From Lingula anatina (taxonomy: Eukaryota; Animalia; Brachiopoda): a DNA stretch of 64,000 nucleotides. The stretch is from the NCBI GenBank assembly GCA_051362555.1, contig CM120644.1, positions 16,018,534 to 16,082,533 of the forward strand. The letters are read 5' to 3'. The number at the start of each line of letters is the position of its first letter. The first letter of the stretch is position 1. The notes below the pieces were generated by a model. That model had not been told where the DNA came from. It did no database searches and saw only the letters and a list, made by a program, of their open reading frames with translations. Positions 12,713 through 26,030 of the stretch are shown here, piece after piece. The position numbers and the translations under genes were made by a program.

Positions 12713-13193
12713 GTAGACATCACCTTATATTAAAACACATTAAGGCTAATACTTGCACTAGAAGAAGTAAGTTGCCCAAGTCATTAAAAAGACAAGAATT
12801 ATATTACGGAAGGCTGAGCTGATGCGTCACAGGTAAAGTAGACTAATAAGCATACAGTACAATTTTGTACGATAAACAAGCATATCGATCGGAAACGTGG
12901 CTTTTTATTATATTTTTCCAGTGCTGACTGAAACCCTGCAATGCAACTAATTGATTAATAATGTGCATGGCTTTTATGGTATGTATTGCGTGATTTGGTA
13001 ATCGTGTTAATGTTGTGCTTCATTATATTATTAGCCCATTTCACGTTTCCACTGGTAAAGCCAGTCACTTGTACTTGAGGCATACGCGCTTATTAATGGC
13101 ATTACTGTAGCTTATTGCAAAGATGGGATTTCTAAATTGCACAATTGTTTGATGCCTCTCGTTGTCAATGAATGGGCCATTCTTTTACATATA

Positions 13194-13456
13194 CAGTGGC
13201 GGATTTGGGGGGATCAGGTCCTAACCCACCCTTCTGAAAAAAAATCACACCAGTGGTCCCCTCTTGAAATTAGACTTTTGACTAACTGAATCATACGTGT
13301 AGGTCTAAACCGTACCAAATGACACTCTTCGCCCTACCAACAATTTTTGGGGCCCGCTAAAGGGCCCCGAACCCCACTCCAAGTGGGAGGGGGAAGGGTC
13401 GGCTTCGCATCCGAGGACCTCCCCCTCCCCTTCAAATAATCCTAGATCCGCCTCTG
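13194..13456. mobile_element. MITE, CAGTGGCGGAT termini
   Basis: TIR CAGTGGCGGAT...ATCCGCCTCTG (10/11) flanked by CATATA on both sides. Confidence 0.75.
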
Positions 13457-14766
13457 CATATATGCATGGTTTTACCTTTTTTTACTTGAAATTTCTCTAT
13501 CCAAATCGAATAGGATACCCAACAAATGAAAATATGTGCACTATTTGTTTGGATATTTATTATTTATGCCATTACATAACGTTATTTTAAATTACTCAAC
13601 ATTATCTAATGCTATGTAATAACTTTACACAATTCTTTTATTAGAGGGACCTTTCAATAAAAGCGGACGTCATCGGCCAAGTTTCGAACACCATATAATA
13701 TTCTGTTTGCCGTTTACTTATACTTTCGCTTGGGTTAATGAGGAGACATAAATAATATGTATGTTTAATTGTGAGAAAGGCACTGCTAATGTTCCAGACC
13801 ACTATTTTCTTTATTCAAGTGGACTGCTGTGGATTCATCTTGAACTGAATTACAACATAATTATTGATCCTGAAAGTTTCTTAAATTTTTTAAGCTTCTT
13901 AAAAGAAAAAATTCTTAGCTAAAGTCATTTGCTAAAACCGACCCCAGGCAAAACAGAAAGAGGTGAGATTTCTCACAGTGGCACTGTTCGAGTTTCTAGC
14001 AGGGTGTGCAATATAGGCTACGACACAATGGTTCATCAAAGCGCACGTTTAGATCTCAGGACCAGTTATTATTAAAACCTCAATGTAAAACGCTTAAAAT
14101 ATTCGGAGAAAAATCCTATGAATGCCCGGCCCAGTATGAATGGAATAAGTCACCATCAGAATTAAGGAATGTATTATAATATATAATAGGAATAATAAGC
14201 CCAGCAGATGATTTTGGAAAAGCACTAAAACCTATCTTTTAAAAATAAAAAAGTTTCATGACAGGTCATTTTATACATAACATTATAATTTGACATCTTT
14301 CTTTTTGTTTTTTAAATAACATTACTTTTAGCTAAATTGATCCTCTTTACTTTTCATTTTGTTTGTATTGTATTTTATTTGGGAAATCTACATAACATAT
14401 TTGATGGATTTTTGACTCTAAATAAATAAATGAATTATTATTATTATTATTATTATTATTATCACAGACGAAAGCCAAAGTTGGCTTAATTCTTATCATG
14501 ACACGCTTAATGGAAAAAGAACAAAATTAAACATAACAAAAATATGCATGAGCTTCGTACATGTAGTTGTATCCTATATGATTATCAAACACAAGCCGAA
14601 TTACCTTCATACCGTTAGCTTACGGTCAACCTGGACGTACAATGTGGTCCTTCCTCAGTCTGATGAATGCCTAGGTCCAGGTTGGCTGTATAGTAACTGT
14701 ATGAACGTATACCGGCTTGTGTTTGATAGTTATCGTATATAAAAATAAACATAATTTCATACTCAC

Positions 14767-15050
14767 CGCTTACAGTGATAACGTCAACAGCTGGAATTCC
14801 CTTTAGACCTTTTTGTGGACGATTATTCAAAAAAATCTAAACAGTGTTTATAAGTTTTTTTATCACTCACTTGGTTTCCTGTGCCGATTCCCACCACGAC
14901 TATTAATATCACCTCTGAATTATAAGGACTTTGATCGTTTTCGTTTTCGATCTCTTTTGGTCAGTCACTGCCTTTTTATCAATACAAACGTCCACTGTCC
15001 CCTGAGTGCTCACCGTGAATTCTAACTGTTCTGTCTCTCACCCTGACCAA
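14767..15050 (-). other. Candidate non-coding first exon of the GPCR gene
   Basis: Consensus donor GCG|GTGAGT at 14766 next to a CpG-richer stretch. A matching acceptor CTTTTCAG lies at 10051-10053, upstream of the ATG at 9698. The 5' boundary is a guess. Confidence 0.35.
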
Positions 15051-15135
15051 AGCGTTGACCTGTGACTAGCACTTGTCACGGTGTTATGACAACGGAAAGC
15101 TAATGAAGACGCGAATTGATTGATGTCATTATCTT

Positions 15136-15151
15136 CTACCAGATGGCACTG
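15136..15151 (+). promoter_or_regulatory. Candidate CTCF site between the two genes
   Basis: CTACCAGATGGCACTG has one mismatch to CCASYAGRKGGCRSYR. Confidence 0.3.
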
Positions 15152-16709
15152 CATCTGTGTCGCTCACTGTCGTTTTTTCCCAATCCTCCATCGTCGTCGG
15201 TAAAACGTACGTTGAAACGACAGCAGTTAATTTTAACGACGTGTTTTAGTTTACCCGTATAAGTCGTTCAACACATCAAACGACTGTCGTCTGCAACCGA
15301 TTTTGTCGTCTGCGCTGATAATGGACAGGTGCTAATTTCTGCATCAACTTGGCAGCGTGATTGTCGTGTTGGCGTCGGGGTATCAATTATTTACGCATTT
15401 TTTATTGCCTCTGTCAATTTTTTCAAGTAATATCATGACTACAGAATTAAAACTTTTTATACTATTTCGATACTTTTGGTGTGTGTGTGTATGTGTGTGT
15501 GTGTTTTTTTTTTTTTGGGGGGGGGGGGTGGATGGGGGTGGGGGTGGGGGGGATCTGTCAGTCAGCGGATCGGTTCGAGCATAGGTCTGTCTCGCGGAGT
15601 AAGGCACGCACGCTGAACTGACTCATTCATTAGGAAATTGATGTAATCTAGTCAAGCTGATCCCTACCAATATATCATCTAAAAATTCCATAGGCGAGGC
15701 AGTCTTGCGTATTTTGTGTGCATAAATTTGCCCTCTGATAATCAGTTAATTGGCTTGCCGAGAGGTCATGGAATTTAGCATGGGATATGCTTGCACGCCT
15801 CCACGAGCAAGAACACGCACATTATCAGGCATGGAATGGTTTTGCTTAAACCCCGTTTACACTGGCCGGATGGCGTCCTTTTTGCCACCATGAAACTGGC
15901 ATCGCTGCGGTCGTAGAAAGGAGCACAAATATCGCTTTGGTTGCAAAACAAATGCTAAATGATCGGCCAGTTGTCTGCATGTAAATAATTTTTTTTTTTT
16001 TGCTCTCATACGTGACCGTACTACGAGAGTCAATTTTGATTTCCCATGATGCTTGAACGTTCTTTTTATGTAGCGTTATCTGTGAAATGTAGGGGGTCTC
16101 TTATAGGGGGTCCCTTTGTTTACTTTGAAATCCACGTTTTATTTCCCGAGATACGTGAAGCACCCTATTCCCGTGACTGCGGCTTTTTATTCTTCGTCAT
16201 TCGTAAAACGAATGATCAGTGATTTTCGACTCGCATTATCAGCGAGATAAGTATAAAATTTTATTTGCTGTGATTTGCGAATTGATGATTTTATTTCACG
16301 TGAACTCTGATCGTACCCCCCCCCCCCCCCCCCAACAGACCCTTATGGGAATGAAAAAAAAGCCTCGAGTATGATATTCGGCAAACGTTTCCTATCATTT
16401 TAAATTGGAATCTGGAGTCATGGAGAGTTAACAGGAGCAATGCGTTAGTAGATCGAGCGTAATTGGAAAGTGTAACATGATGGTTCTGGCGGTGTAAAAC
16501 ACACCCACACGTAATGTTTTCTCAGTGAAGCAATGTTTGGTTCACTAAACCGCAATTCCCACCTTTTGTTTTTCTCAACTACCACATTTCAGTAATGCCA
16601 GCTGCGACAATGGGCATCTGAAAGAGGATATTAACCCCTCACCCTTTTTCTCTCTCTGTCTCTCTCTCTCTCTCTCAGACACACACTCAGACACACACAC
16701 ACACACATC

Positions 16710-16740
<31 letters not shown>

Positions 16741-19659
16741 ACAAACGCACACACACACAATAAAAAGAAAAACAAAAGAAACCAAGCGAACAGATACAGT
16801 GTAGAGCGAACCTTGAAACTCTACAGCATCGTTCTAGATCTCTTTCTGTTTATTCGCAAATATAAAGTGCACATGTAATTGACGAGAGCATATTTTGGCA
16901 CTGGTAATGATACGCGTATGTCTAGGGATAAACAACATTACATACGTATATACATGTATTTTATTTTTTCACAGACAGAAGTCACGTGAAATTGACACTG
17001 GGGTGATTTCTTTTGATTGGTAATGACTTGTCTGCTCGCTTCGCCCACTCGAAAACGTCACTGCAAAGGACACAAAAGAAAGACGTCAGCGCTCTGACGA
17101 TATTGTTATTAACTTCTGTTCTGGCCACGCGTTAAATGGCTGGCACATGGAAGTTATATCATTTTGACTGACTTATGTCGCCGTGATTGGCGTCACCAAC
17201 AAGCGAAGTTGAAGTCAAGGAGCAGATCTCCTTTCCACAGCTAAAAAAGATGGACTCAATTAACAGCGTTCTTGCTAAGAGACACGCACTTAGGCCCAAA
17301 CGTATGTTTTTGGTAATGGTTGCAACGTCAATCACTCAAAATCGCGTTGTAATCTGGGAAAGAAGTAGCGTCAGTGTACGTTGCTTAGATCAAGTTATTT
17401 GGGATCACTGCGTTCCACATGCAGAAGGTCAATCCACTTTGTATTTTAAATTTTAAATCATAAAATTTTATCTCCATAAAATTATATATACCAAAATTGG
17501 TGTGTGAGGTGACATTCTTTAAATTCTATATTTAGTTTTTTCCTCTTAATAAACTTTTCTATTCTTTTTTTTTTTTTTTTTCTTATTTGTCTACAAGACA
17601 ACTGTTTTATTTGTTGCATTGATCCTATTTTTACAGTTGTGCAGTTAGGTCTTTCATATTGTCTGCCTTTGTGCATGAACCTATATGCATGTATTTTAGT
17701 GAAAAACTGAATTCTTATTTTTCTCACAGCGCTGAGACGAATTTGGAGAGAGATTTAAAAGAACTGTTTATCATTATTATTAGTATTTTTATTCTTATTC
17801 TTATTTTATTATACTCACACATATAGGCCTATTAGTAATCTCAACAATCAACTTTTTTCTTAATGCTAAAACATTATTCACGGAGATAAAACCGATACCA
17901 CGTCGTCTATAAGTAGGAAATAGGAGTTGGCGTAAGCGTTTTGAACTCTTCAACCCAAAACCTGCCAACCTATAACAGAGACGTACTCAAGGACAATTTA
18001 TTTAACCACAGGCAGATAATATATATGTTGCACTACTCTACGATTTCGTAGACACTTCGAACACGAAACAAGTTGCTACTAAGAAATAATCAGTTTCTAG
18101 TGCCGGTAAAGATGAGAGATTATCCTTCTTTTCACCGTTTATCTGTGGCACGACATCACGATTCTTTATAATCAGGGTTCTCAGACATGAAGCCAGCGAT
18201 TTCAGAGGGGGCGTGGGAGGGACGTGGAAGTTTTTTTTTTTTTTTTTTTGAAAAAGTGGACCTTTTTACTTCCGTTGTTCAAGCAAAATTTGAGAAGTGG
18301 CATTGAAGCTAGGTTTATTTTGATTCAGCGTGGACCTTCTCTAGCCAAAAGGGCGGTTCTTTCGAAACTCCGCCCCCTCCCTCCCCCTACTACACATGTA
18401 CGTGTCTGGCTCTTGACAAAGCCTATTATGGGTTCTGTTTTGCCGTTTTGTCAAAAAAGCATTAGCCCAAAAATTAGTCTCGACTTTTAGACCAAAATTG
18501 TAGTGTACTTTGACCCCAAACAAATAAAAGTGGCCAAAAAAGAAAAAAAAAGAAAAAATTGCAGCTGTTTTGATAGAAAAAAATATTGTATAGATCTGTA
18601 TTGAGAATCGTGTAGCAGACCAAATTTTCGATCTAAAACTTTCGGCATGGTGCTGCATGAAGATAGTTTATGTTAATCTGAAAACTTGCCTCATCTTCTT
18701 GGTAATATTTTGCAGTTCAGGCTTGTTTTATCGATTAAATCTTTAAAGAAGCGTGATTCAATTGCCGCAGTCGCATTTACAGCGTTATCAAACCGACTAC
18801 CTCCAACAATTGTAACACTGGTGACATTTCAGGTGAGTCTTTTTACTCCTATTATTCCAATTCTTGAACAAAGCATAATAGTGCAATTTCTGTGTCTGTT
18901 TTCTCTTTTGGATTCCCAACAGGGTTTCCAGAAAACGCGTCGCTGATCTGCTGCGTGGACTGCTGCTAACAAGAATTATTAATTGTAATTCTGGGAACTC
19001 GACTTATTGTGCAGGAAGTATTAGCGATACGACTTTCATAATTACTAGTATTTTTCAGTCTGTTTGGCCGCGTTTAATAATGTCCTATTTTCTGTGTCTG
19101 CATACCCAGCATGGCTACTAATCTTTCCCTATTCTGACCTTTAAAAATAAAAAAAGACTTTATGTCGCCATTTCCTACTGAATTTTTTGATACTCAGCTC
19201 CACACGCTTATCTGAACGTCTGACCATACATTCAGACCCAATAGCAATGAATAACTCTTTTGTCACAAATTAATAAAAACTTAATCACTCACGTATTTCG
19301 ATATATCCCTTGGACATCTTTGTCATTCTCAGAGTGACACAGTTGGCGTCGTGTCACTGGTTTATTATTATTTATTTATTTATTTTTGCACTCCCGCCCC
19401 CCCCTCCACTCTGTGACGCAACTACGGCACTAAGAGTTATCCTACAGCTGCCGGAAAGTGTATCCGTCTTGGGGTAGTGTATATATGCGAATTTTATTCA
19501 CTGTTGGTAAGGATCTCTGGAATCAGCCATCGAAAAATGGCACATGCATTGAATGCAGAGCAGTAAGGAAGACGGTGGAAGGTGACAAGGTGCTGTGTCA
19601 ACTTCTGAAATCGTTTTTTTTATGAAATGGGGGTTATGCTATATGTATTTGAACACAAT

Positions 19660-19845
19660 GGGCACATACAGAACAGGGGACTAACAGATCCGCAGATCAA
19701 ATATGGCCGACCCACTTGGATGCATGGTGCGTAATCCGTACAGGAAATCTATTCAGAGTCTTATCCTGAATTAAACGGCAAGCTTTTTAGTGGGACGCCA
19801 TATTTGATCTGCGGATCTGTTAGTCCACTGTTCAGAATGCGACCA
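19660..19845. mobile_element. Foldback MITE, related to the 26031 family
   Basis: GGACTAACAGATCCGCAGATCAAATATGGC is inverted as GCCATATTTGATCTGCGGATCTGTTAGTCC. Confidence 0.8.
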
Positions 19846-20327
19846 TTCGTTAACATACAAGAGTCGATTCCTATATATACCCGTAGAAATATGCCATACA
19901 ATTACTGGGTAACCGCAATATCTTTTATAGGAATGAAATCAAATCTACAACCGCACATTGAAAAAGATGGTTTATTTTATCAAAGCACTTTTTTCTGTAT
20001 GTCACAAGTACATCACAATGATGTTCAGAACCCTGGAGACTAAACTATAACCTGTTAACAAAAACGTAACATGACAAAATCAATTAAACCCTTCCCCAGA
20101 TTCAAAACTATTAATATGTCAAAATTTCAACTTTAATTCAAACCGGAAAGAAAATATTTATGCTTTAGGTCAATATTTTAAAGTTAAACACAACAAGGAC
20201 CCAACAACGTCAGTTTAAATCTGAAGAAAAAAATTCAAAGAATCTAAAAGGTACAAAATGTACATCATACGGTTATGGTACCCTATGTACAAATATAATC
20301 ATACAATAATGATACGCACGCGTGCGA

Positions 20328-20476
20328 GTACCCTGCCCTCTACCAGGGTGGCAGATATTACAGGCAAATTTTCCCAAAGTCAGAAAATCAAATGACATAA
20401 AGACATATCTGAAGACATATCTGTGGATATCTTGTGAAAAATCAATCTGTCGCCCCGGTAGAGGGTAGTATTACCA
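20328..20476. mobile_element. Small inverted-repeat element (MITE-like)
   Basis: CTGCCCTCTACCAGGGTGGCAGAT pairs imperfectly with ATCTGTCGCCCCGGTAGAGGGTAG. Confidence 0.55.
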
Positions 20477-20617
20477 AGTCTATCACAGAGTTTGGCAAGT
20501 GAGCAAAACTGAGAGGCGGACTGGAGGGGGGGGAGAGGCGAGGGTATAAGGCCAACTGCCCCGCATCCCATTCGGCATTCTTAAAACGGAAATTTTGGAA
20601 AGAACAATGTGGAGTAC

Positions 20618-22371
20618 AACTAGAGGATCAGAGAGGCGATACCGCCTCTGGATATTGTACCACCAGCTGGAGTAAGCGCATTCGTATGGACCCCCCCCCC
20701 CAAAAAAAAAAAAAAAAAGAAAAAAAAATTGGACACCACCACCAGTCTTGTGTTTGACAAGCTCTATAAAATGCAATAAACAAGAGTTCTCAAAATGTGA
20801 AAAAAAAAATCGAAAAAAAATAACAGTTAAAATGGTCCAATCAAGGAGATGTCCAAATTAACCTGTATTTTTCTAACACTGATCACTCCTGTGAAATGCA
20901 TTATCAGTAATGCATATACCGGAATGCTGACAAAAGAGAAAACCTAGGGACAACACTGGGCAGATCTCTGCTAGTTTTGAAGATATGAAGGGCAAGAAAA
21001 TATGCAGAGTTCAGTTTGAGGTAAAAAAGTAGGTCAAAGGTCAATTTCAAGGTCACAGTATATGACTTCCTATAATACAAGTTCAATAGTAGCTATGGGC
21101 ATTTCTTTGCCAATGTTGGAGATATGAAGGCCAGGAAACATGCAAAGTGCAGTTCATCATAAATAGTAGGTCAAAGGTCAATTTCAAGGTCACAGTAAGA
21201 TTGCCAGTATATGACTTCCTATTCAAGTTCAACAGGAACTATGGGTGTATCTCTGCCAGTTTTGGAGATATAAGGGCTGGAAAATTTGCAAAGTTCAGTT
21301 CATGGTGAAAAGTAGGTCAAAGGTCAATTTAAAGGTCACAGTTAGATTACCAGTATATAACTTCCTATTAAAGTTCAATAGTAACTATGGGTGTATCTCT
21401 GCCAGTTTTGGAGATATAAGGGCTAGAAAATTTGCAAAGTTCAGTTCATGGTGAAAAGTAGGTCAAAGGTCAATTCAAAGGTCACAGTTAGATTACTTGT
21501 ATATAACTTCCTATTCAAGTTCAATAGTAACTATGGGCGTATCTCTGCCAGTTTTGGAATATTTAACATTTTCCCCACTGAATATTGCGATGTTGTAATT
21601 TTTGATATAGCGCAATGCCTAAAGCATATCGAAAACAAAAAAATGGACACCACCTCCAGTATTGCACTTGACAAGTTCTACAAAATGCGATGAACAAACG
21701 TCTCCGGCATTTACCATTCCAGAATAAAAGCAAGTTTTCAGTTTCGGTATCTAATGGCTGCTTCTCCCGTGAAAATGCACCGATTGACCCCAAACTCCCA
21801 AAGATGAAAGGAGTCCCCAATTGTAACCCCTCACTATAACAGGAGAGCTTAGATCTGTGTAGTTTCCAAAAAATAGCACAAACAAATATTTTTTTGCAGA
21901 AAATTCCCATATTTAGAAAATTTTGGCTTGTTTGACCTTGAAAAAAAGGTCAAAAGTCAAATCAAAGGGCATATTTGGAATCTCCACATATGACTTTCGG
22001 TCAGACTTCTGTAGTAATTTTTCCCATAATTCCTTTGGTTTGGGAGATATTTAGCCTTGAATTTTCAAAAATTTTGACAAGGGTGCATTTCAACAAGTGT
22101 CACGCCCAGGCCAATGCACCGACAGAGACAAAAAACCAGGGTGTTCAAGCTAAGATTATATGTGACCTAAATCCAAGAGATGGGGACACAGGTCCTAGCA
22201 GTCTAGGAGGAGAAGCGGTAACGGTGACTTGTTTCCGGCGCCCGACTGCGGAGCCGCAGGAGCCGGCGGAGCTGCAGGAGCCGGCGGAGCCGGCGGAGCC
22301 GGCGGAGCTGTACGAGACGGGTCTGGACTAAAACCATGAGTACCGCCAGCGTATACGCTGGTGGTACTAAT
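20618..22371 (-). mobile_element. HINE-like element, family B, with GC-rich minisatellite and ~146-bp tandem core
   Basis: Head palindrome AGTACCGCCAGC-GTATAC-GCTGGTGGTACT (22339-22368), (GCCGGCGGA)n at about 22246-22310 and tandem units at about 21000-21560. The far end has the subterminal repeat GTACCACCAGC (20657-20667), the stem-loop AGAGGCG-ATAC-CGCCTCT and an AACTAG terminus. Confidence 0.75.
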
Positions 22372-22374
22372 AAA

Positions 22375-22953
22375 GCTAGAAAAGTACTCAGAGAACGCAG
22401 ACCTCCGCCAAAACAAATGAGTAACCGTTAGTTAGCCGAAGGGCCATCACCAAAATATTATCGCTTTGAAAGGGATAACAACTGTTCGTTTTGGCCAAAA
22501 AACAGATTTTCCTTGGGTAAACGACTATTTTCCCATATTTGCGAATGGTTAACGAATCCATTCCGACGTTCAAAAGCTCGTCTTTCTCAAGTTTTTATTA
22601 ATTTATTTTTATAATTATTAATTTTTTGTCATGCAATCTCTTCAGGGATCATTACAGAGGTAAAGCCATCTACCACTTGAAGGTCCACACGGTCTAATGG
22701 CAAGCACAACTTCCAGAACAATTGTGATAACCGCTGCTCGGCTGGTAAAATGAAATTTCTTATATTTCTACGAGTTGTTTACAATGTTTTCAATGGGAAG
22801 TATGAATCTCATACGAACAGTTCTTATATCTTTCAGTTAGCCCATTTCTGACCTTTCCTGGGAATATCTTCAGAATCTATCCATAACTTTTTTAATTAGG
22901 CTGGTGACGAACAGACAAACAGAGGCGAAAACATAAGCTCCTTGGCGGAGGTA
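22375..22953 (-). mobile_element. HINE-like element, family C (TACCTCCGCCAAGG head), interrupted by a TTAA-type element
   Basis: Read on the minus strand: head TACCTCCGCCAAGGAGCTTATGTTTTC and tail TTGGCGGAGGTCTGCGTTCTCTGAGTACTTTTCTAG. Homologous copies at 45661-45903 and 32143-32377. Confidence 0.65.
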
Positions 22954-23231
22954 CATTTCGTAAAAATTATTGCTACTGTCGAGCCACTTGTCACCTTTTC
23001 CGTGAACATTATTCTATAACCCTGAATAAGAAATTTGTAACAATCAAGTGAACAAATGTTTGAAAATTTTCTTGGAACAATTTCGGTAGAACAAACAAGA
23101 ACGTTGGGATGGCACTGGACTGCATTACCTCAACTAACATATTTTGGTAGGACACATGTTAAACCTTAAACGTTTGTTTTGTAAAACTTGTATTGTAGTG
23201 CCAAATATATTACCATGTTAAAGCATGTTAA

Positions 23232-23255
23232 AAGGGATAACAACTGTTCGTTTTG

Positions 23256-23300
<45 letters not shown>

Positions 23301-23488
23301 GGGCTTTCTAGGGTAAATGGGATTTCCGCATCTATGAAGATCCATGTGGTCTGATGGCAAACACAGACTCCAAAATAATTGCGATAACTGCTGTTTTGGT
23401 GGACAAATGTAGTTTATTATATTTCTATGAGTTGTGTACAATGTTAATATTGTGAAATATGAATCTCATACGAACAGTCGTTGTCCCT
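23232..23488. mobile_element. Non-autonomous TTAA-flanked TIR element (Kolobok-like)
   Basis: TTAA on both flanks. TIRs AGGGATAACAACTGTTCGT and ACGAACAGTCGTTGTCCCT match at 17 of 19 positions. Related copies or fragments at about 22470-22830, 52760-52895 and 56220-56298. Confidence 0.65.
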
Positions 23489-24102
23489 TTAACATCTTTG
23501 GCTAATTCCTGTGCAAAACGTACACTGATCTATAGACGTATATAGGCCTATAAGGACAATATTTATTTTTCAAAAAGTTTCAGTAATTTTCCTAAATCGC
23601 AAAGGAGCATTTTAGCAATCAACTGTTGAGAAAACTGAGATCTATAAACCCAAATTCGGGTTCAACATTTCTATTTTCACCGTTACGAGTGAAAATACTA
23701 ACCTCTACATGTATCTCCATACTAACAGTGAGTCAAATATTAAAAACAGCAAACATGGCAGGAAGGAGTCTGATTTCAAAGTTCACCACAAACAACGCCC
23801 AATCATGTACACTGTAACAACCAGCATGTGGAATCAGAACCAGAACAACTTTGTTGGTGAATAGGTAGTTTCAAGATTTACTACGTAATACAACAGCATG
23901 TTCAAGCACCCCATGAATAAAATTCATATCAATTCATTGTCCTAGTTTCATTGACCTGTCTATGACATCTCACAACTGAAGAGGTCTTCATTTTAAATTT
24001 GGTCCATGCAAACTTGTTCTTAAGGGGCGGCTTTTCTGGGATTAAATAATAGGAAATTATCTTTCACTATCGGTGTTCAAAAACGAATTCATATTCACTA
24101 CA

Positions 24103-24271
24103 CAGGGGCGGATCCAGAAATATTTTCTGACAGTCTTCCAAATCATCTTTGTTGATCCATCCTCCATTTCTGACCGTCTTCCGACAGAGTAAAATTAGAT
24201 ACCCATCCGTGTAAATTTGAAAATCTGACCGTCTTCCGGAAGACCCAGAAGACGCCCTAAATCCGCCCCTG
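24103..24271. mobile_element. Short TIR element (MITE), CAGGGGCGGAT termini, 5-bp TSD
   Basis: Perfect 11-bp TIR CAGGGGCGGAT...ATCCGCCCCTG with CTACA repeated on both flanks. Family copies at 8184-8345 and 30795-30900. Confidence 0.85.
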
Positions 24272-25215
24272 CTACAACAAGTTGTCCTTTAAATAGTGTA
24301 CAGGTATATCCTACAGAACCCGACAAACAAATTATGGTACACAAAATAAAGATACCGTACTTAGGAACCACAAATCTCTTCCCCAGCATAAAAAAAAAAA
24401 AAAAAAAAAAACAAGAAAAAAATGAACCACAATTTCAGAGCTGTTTTGGCGGAATATTTCAAAATAGATTGATATGTTTTATGTTCTTGACTTCACACAT
24501 AGCCCTAAAAATAGAATAAATTTTGTTTGACTTTTTCTTCTTTCTGGATTCTACAAAATTTCATGTCCAAACCCAAGATATCTTTTGTACAATCAGTCTC
24601 AACGTTATAGGCCTATGCTAGGTGACACCCCCCCCCCACCCCCCATGGAATAGTGTACAAGCAAAAATATAAATCAGATTAAAACTTATAAAGATATGCA
24701 CAATAAGCACACAGACTCACTCCTTATGAATGTTACTGTTCTATACAAAAATACAGACTTACAATTTAAAAGTTATATGCTTCTTTACATGTAAATTAAT
24801 TGATGCAGCAGCCACCAAAATACTATAAAATAAATTAAAATAAGTGGCACTACAGTTCTTCTTTTATAGGGAAAATAAGTTCTAAGATAAAACAAAACGT
24901 GTATTTAAATGCTGTGCAGATAAAAACCAAAAGTATTATTACCAATTCAGAAAAAAAAGCATTCCCTCCAAATACATTATTACCAAGAAAAATAAGAAAT
25001 ATTTCCTTAAGTCAGACAGAGAAATTGGGCAAGTCACCTGCAAACTGCAAATTCCAAAGCTCACGGTTTCCCACTGAGACACACACAAAACTTTTTTTTT
25101 TCATTTTGTAATTTTTGCATGTGCCTTTTACAAGTTCTGTGCAGAAATTGATCCAAGTTTACAAATCACCTGTTACAACAAATGAAGTGAACACATAGGG
25201 AGTATGACCAAAGTC

Positions 25216-25248
<33 letters not shown>

Positions 25249-26030
25249 TAGATATATATTCACATCTACAACCAACACAGGACAAAATTTAACAAATATT
25301 GTTAAAAATCAGTCTCATCAATAAAGAAATCTAATCATGACCCAAATGAATATTAATACATTCACGTAAGACCTTCACATATATAAATAATAGCTATAAT
25401 ATTTTTCAATTAAACTACACCAAATTCTCCATTATGCACCAAGGTATATAACATCCAAAACCTTTGAGAGAATTAATATCGGTAAACCATTTAAGGAATT
25501 CTAAATTTATTAATAACTACGTAGACAATTCATCAGTGTCTGTATGCATTATATGAGAGGGTCAAAAGTTGGGATCATAGAATAAAGAAATTGTCATTTT
25601 TCATTGTTTTTAGAGATGATATACCATGGTGATAAGGGAAAAAAAACATTAATTTCCTCTACAAAGAGGTCTGTAACACAATGTGTTCCTTAATTAAATA
25701 AAACCTGTACAATTTATTGCTGATGAGTTAGAAAACATGAAATGGCAAGGGCAGCATCTCACCTTCACTGAGTTAATTCACGAACTTATAAAGATGGTAT
25801 TACAGACATGGCTTAAAAAATTTCCTGGTTTATATTTCCCTTTGTAAACTGTACAAACCCTCTCATGTTAAAACCCAGTTTATATTAAAGAAAAAAAAAA
25901 AAAAACGTGAATTAAAAAAGCAATATAACTTGTGTTGATGGACCATGACTTCACCTCACTGTGACAGTAATATTTATATTTAGTACACAATATCCAACCT
26001 CACATTACACTTACGACAGAATATCTGCTC

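Noticed and set aside
21975-22416. EPAEPA / PAPPAP repeat proteins
   Set aside because: Translations of the 9-bp GC-rich minisatellite in HINE-B.
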